Shown here one piece after another: positions 32,590 through 35,498 of a stretch of 35,498 bases of DNA (positions are counted from its first letter, which is position 1; each line of letters begins with the position of its first letter). Source of the DNA: Microgenomates group bacterium GW2011_GWF2_47_9 (GTDB lineage: Bacteria > Patescibacteriota > Microgenomatia > UBA1400 > UBA12108); NCBI GenBank assembly GCA_001003385.1, contig LCPA01000002.1:1-35498 (forward strand), given 5' to 3'. The position numbers were made by a program, and so were the translations under genes. Under the pieces are notes generated by a model. The model saw nothing but the letters and a program-made list of their open reading frames with translations, was not told the DNA's origin and did not search any database.

Positions 32590-35498
32590 ATGGGAAACAC
32601 TGAACGTCAACCTAAGCCGGGTAGTGGAGAAGTGGGGGAGAATGCAGGGGCACAGAGAACGCCTACAATTGATAAGTCGGTGGGGGGAGTAATCGATTTT
32701 TTAAGACAGATGAAACTGTTGGTTTTGATGAGGAATCAAGATCCAAATTCGGGTAATTTTGAGAAACTTCGCGAAGTTGAAGAGGGGTTACAGGATAAAG
32801 ATCCTAAAGTTCGTACGAAGTCCCAGACGTTGGCGGATCAATTAATTCAGAATTTTGATTTAGTTTCGGGAGAGGCGGGGCGAGCGAGTTTACAAAGAGT
32901 GGTTGAGACGGCGTATCCTGATGCGGGGAAGAGGCCGGGACAAGCACTTGGTTTGGCAAGCGAGATAGATAAAAAGATGGCCGTGATAACCAGAAAATTT
33001 GAACAGGGGCAAGCAGTAGAGGCGAAGGAGAGCGAGGAGATATTTGAGAGGCTTAGCAAGTTTAGAGATGAGGTTGGGTTTAGAGGGATGACGCAAGAGG
33101 GGATGCAGATTTATGAGGATACGATACTGACGGTAGTCGCGGCAAGACAAGTAGGGAAGAATGTTGAGAATCCCTTGGTTTATGAATCTCCGCTTGAAGC
33201 GAAAAAAGAATTTTTTGCGGAGGGGTCGTCTCCTCAAGCTGATGATAAGAGACTGAAAATAAGGAGGGCTAAGCCAGAGCAAAAACCACAACTAGAAGAA
33301 AAGCTGGAGAGAATGAAAAAGAACGTAAGAGAAGTGGTAATTGAGAAAAAACGGAAAATGGGGGGGCAGGAGGCAATTGGAGCGCTTGAGGACATTTCTG
33401 ACCTTAAAGCAAGACTAAGGAGCCTTGTTGGCGATCAGCATAAGGAGACGCTTGAAACTTTGCAGACACTATCGGCGGCGGAGGCACACTTTAGAAGAAT
33501 ATTAAGCGATAATATTGAGGCGAAGCTTGGGGGTGGCGCGGGAGTAGAGCAGGGATCCATATATGCCGCACTTGGGGATGTTTTACACGAGGCAAGAGGA
33601 GGAAAGTATGCGGGAGGAAAGGCAAGATATCATTTCGAGGATAAGTTTGACAAGGTAGTAGAGACGGTTGAGCGGCGAGCTAAGAGTTATGAGGCACAGA
33701 TGTCTTCTCGCTTCGGGAGAGCGGCGACACTAGGTAGCGATGAGTATAAGGGGATGTCACAAGTAGAGCGGATGATTGCAACAGCGCAGGCTCAGCAGGA
33801 AGCCGCGTTTCATGAGAAGGTGAACGATATATATCCTGTACTAAGTGAGATGGGGATTGATCCAACATTTCCGGACGGGACTTTCTTTACCAAATTACAG
33901 AAACAGACAGTTGAGGAGAGGATACAGACGATTGACGAGGTGATAAGACAAGGGAGGGAGCGAGGAGTATCTGAGTCGAAGTTGACGATGGGGGCGAAGT
34001 TTTTACACTCGATTGCACGGGCAGAAAAAGACAAAAATGGGGTAATGGTGGATTTTCTCGATGTAAAAGAAAGGTTACGAGGGTATGTAAAGAAGCACCA
34101 GTACGGGCGATATATTCGGGAGATGAAGTCTTATGTAAGTAGAGTTGGATTGCGCGAATCGTCGGCTGACTTTCAGTTTGCAATTATGTTACGCGACGCG
34201 AAAGATGTGATATCGATTTTGGAGACCGATGTGGCGGAGGAGTTTGACGCCTGGCAAGGTTCGTTGTTTATTCCTTCGTTTAAGTCGGTGGATCCGGAGA
34301 CTTTCCGCTCGATGTTTGAGAGAGTGTGGAATGCAAGTAATCTTGACCATGTGTTAAACCCGGCTTACGCAAATGCGGCCGGGATGCTTGTGGAGATGCC
34401 TGACGGGACGAAGAAAATGATGTCGACTGCGGTGTTTTACCAACTGCTTCAACGAGGAGATAACGCAACCAGATTTTTGAATGCGGCGGTTGATACGGTT
34501 GACAGTACTTCATTCCGGATTTGGATTGATTACCTTTATGGTAAGGGAGCGACGTGGGAAGGAGACTTGGCGACGGGGAGAGTGGTTGACGCAAATGGGA
34601 GAGAACTCGCAAAAATGAATAGCTTGATTAAGGTGCAGGGTTTTGATGTAAAAAGTAAAAAGCTAGACGGGGATGACCAGGATACGTTTACGCTAGGAGA
34701 GCTTTTGGAACAAGGACAATGGATGCATCGATATGCAGAGAACTTTTTTATGTATTCGGGGGAGGCGGGTAAGCATATGCGTCACTATCCGAAGGAGATG
34801 ATGGAGAACGCGAACAAGTGGGTGTTTGCGCAAGACCAGATGTTTGAAGGCTACTCAGGACACTATGGCAAGTATGCTCAGCCATTTTGGCAGATCGCAA
34901 AACTGGGGCATTTACTTCGTGAAATTAGGGGTTACAAAGACACGGGTATATTTCAGGAGGCAATGGTTTTGGAGCTAAGAGGAGCGGGGATCGAGAGCGA
35001 CCGTGCCATAGCTTTTTCGAAAATGTGGACGGACAAATTGAAACAAAAAATCACGGTAGAGGGGAAGACGTTTGATGTGGGATTGTTGTCAATTGAGGAA
35101 ATAAGGTTGATCGGAAACGAGTGGGGGGGAGCGGAAGAGGCGTGGCTACATGCGAAAGATTATTTAACGGCACACAATATGCCAGAGGGAATGATTAAGG
35201 ACCAGGCATATATAAGGAGGGTGTTGGGGAAAAAGAACCGAGGAGAGAAGATGAGTGAGGAGGAGGAAAACTGGGCGAAACAGGCGGAGGAATTTTTTGC
35301 GTTATGCAAAAGCTTGAAGTGGTCAGATGTGAAGAAAAAGGATTATGGAGGATTGTCGGAGCGAGAGCTTGCCAGCTCGATGACGGAGAGAGAGCTAGCG
35401 GTTTTTGCAAAGCGGAAGAATACAATTTTTGGCGGGGAGTGGAAGCCGCGGAATATGACTGAGTTTGTGCAAGGATTTGAGTATGCGGCGGTAATGGA
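32590..35498 (+). CDS. Large uncharacterised protein, at least 969 aa, 3' end beyond the window (absent from the supplied ORF track)
   Basis: I translated this frame codon by codon from the ATG at 32590 to 35498 and found no in-frame stop. An in-frame TGA at 32569-32571 closes the frame upstream. No + strand ORF is listed in this 2.9 kb, and the six listed minus-strand ORFs there are low-complexity shadows. The product is charged, helical-looking and lacks a TM helix, and I recognise no domain. Confidence 0.8.
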   Translation, partial: MGNTERQPKPGSGEVGENAGAQRTPTIDKSVGGVIDFLRQMKLLVLMRNQDPNSGNFEKLREVEEGLQDKDPKVRTKSQTLADQLIQNFDLVSGEAGRASLQRVVETAYPDAGKRPGQALGLASEIDKKMAVITRKFEQGQAVEAKESEEIFERLSKFRDEVGFRGMTQEGMQIYEDTILTVVAARQVGKNVENPLVYESPLEAKKEFFAEGSSPQADDKRLKIRRAKPEQKPQLEEKLERMKKNVREVVIEKKRKMGGQEAIGALEDISDLKARLRSLVGDQHKETLETLQTLSAAEAHFRRILSDNIEAKLGGGAGVEQGSIYAALGDVLHEARGGKYAGGKARYHFEDKFDKVVETVERRAKSYEAQMSSRFGRAATLGSDEYKGMSQVERMIATAQAQQEAAFHEKVNDIYPVLSEMGIDPTFPDGTFFTKLQKQTVEERIQTIDEVIRQGRERGVSESKLTMGAKFLHSIARAEKDKNGVMVDFLDVKERLRGYVKKHQYGRYIREMKSYVSRVGLRESSADFQFAIMLRDAKDVISILETDVAEEFDAWQGSLFIPSFKSVDPETFRSMFERVWNASNLDHVLNPAYANAAGMLVEMPDGTKKMMSTAVFYQLLQRGDNATRFLNAAVDTVDSTSFRIWIDYLYGKGATWEGDLATGRVVDANGRELAKMNSLIKVQGFDVKSKKLDGDDQDTFTLGELLEQGQWMHRYAENFFMYSGEAGKHMRHYPKEMMENANKWVFAQDQMFEGYSGHYGKYAQPFWQIAKLGHLLREIRGYKDTGIFQEAMVLELRGAGIESDRAIAFSKMWTDKLKQKITVEGKTFDVGLLSIEEIRLIGNEWGGAEEAWLHAKDYLTAHNMPEGMIKDQAYIRRVLGKKNRGEKMSEEEENWAKQAEEFFALCKSLKWSDVKKKDYGGLSERELASSMTERELAVFAKRKNTIFGGEWKPRNMTEFVQGFEYAAVM

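Noticed and set aside
32847-35425. Six minus-strand ORFs of 62-133 aa, the only ORFs the track lists in this region
   Set aside because: They are fragmentary, Ser/Pro/Leu-rich and mutually non-contiguous. The opposite strand carries an uninterrupted frame of 969 codons with coding-like composition, so these are antisense artefacts.
1-35498. Alternative genetic code (UGA recoding as in some CPR lineages)
   Set aside because: TGA ends well-delimited conserved genes at the expected length (valS at 13465-13467, aclB at 4028-4030, rnpA at 21905-21907). No conserved gene is interrupted by in-frame TGA.
25221-35498. Integrative conjugative element or prophage interpretation of the right arm
   Set aside because: No integrase, recombinase, relaxase, coupling protein, phage structural gene, flanking tRNA or direct repeat is visible. 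The junction with dnaN is seamless. The far boundary is outside the window, so this is a provisional rejection.
1-35498. tRNA, rRNA, CRISPR arrays and transposase/IS elements
   Set aside because: The intergenic gaps are too short or lack the conserved stems, and no regularly spaced direct repeats were seen. No ORF resembles a transposase or a Cas protein.

Overview
Gene-dense chromosomal segment (about 31 CDS, very little non-coding DNA, standard genetic code with TGA, TAA and TAG all used as stops) spanning the replication origin of a small-genome bacterium. No tRNA, rRNA, CRISPR array, transposase or integrase was found.

Core: rpmH-rnpA-yidD-yidC-jag on the minus strand, divergent dnaA, a DnaA-box-rich oriC, then dnaN.

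Left arm: groES-groEL with a TTGACA-17-TAATAT promoter and a CIRCE operator; an ATP-citrate-lyase-type enzyme split into three genes; an SPFH protein; a second divergent YidC paralog; two nucleotidyltransferase-fold proteins; a membrane-anchored solute-binding protein; a VanW protein; a short ValRS; L25; a 941-aa DUF4012-type envelope protein; RNase HI; a flippase; and an O-antigen-ligase-like protein.

Right arm: directly after dnaN and convergent with it sits a Gram-positive-type T4SS-like module. It comprises a VirB4-like ATPase, a protein resembling a VirB4 N-domain, a PrgI/VirB3-like protein fused to a beta-sandwich domain, a bitopic Ig-like protein, and a 994-aa polytopic protein ending in a CHAP hydrolase. 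No coupling protein, relaxase or integrase is in view. Divergent from it is an open frame of at least 969 codons (32590 to the window end). The supplied ORF track omits it because it has no stop inside the window.

Across the window, extended -10 promoter motifs (TGnTAnAAT) sit 6-8 nt upstream of ATG codons that lack a Shine-Dalgarno sequence, which suggests widespread leaderless mRNAs.

The gene repertoire (DUF4012, PrgI/VirB4 set, truncated ValRS, orphan anchored binding protein) suggests a Candidate Phyla Radiation/Patescibacteria (Microgenomates-like) genome. That is inference only. All homology calls come from motif recognition by eye, with no database search.
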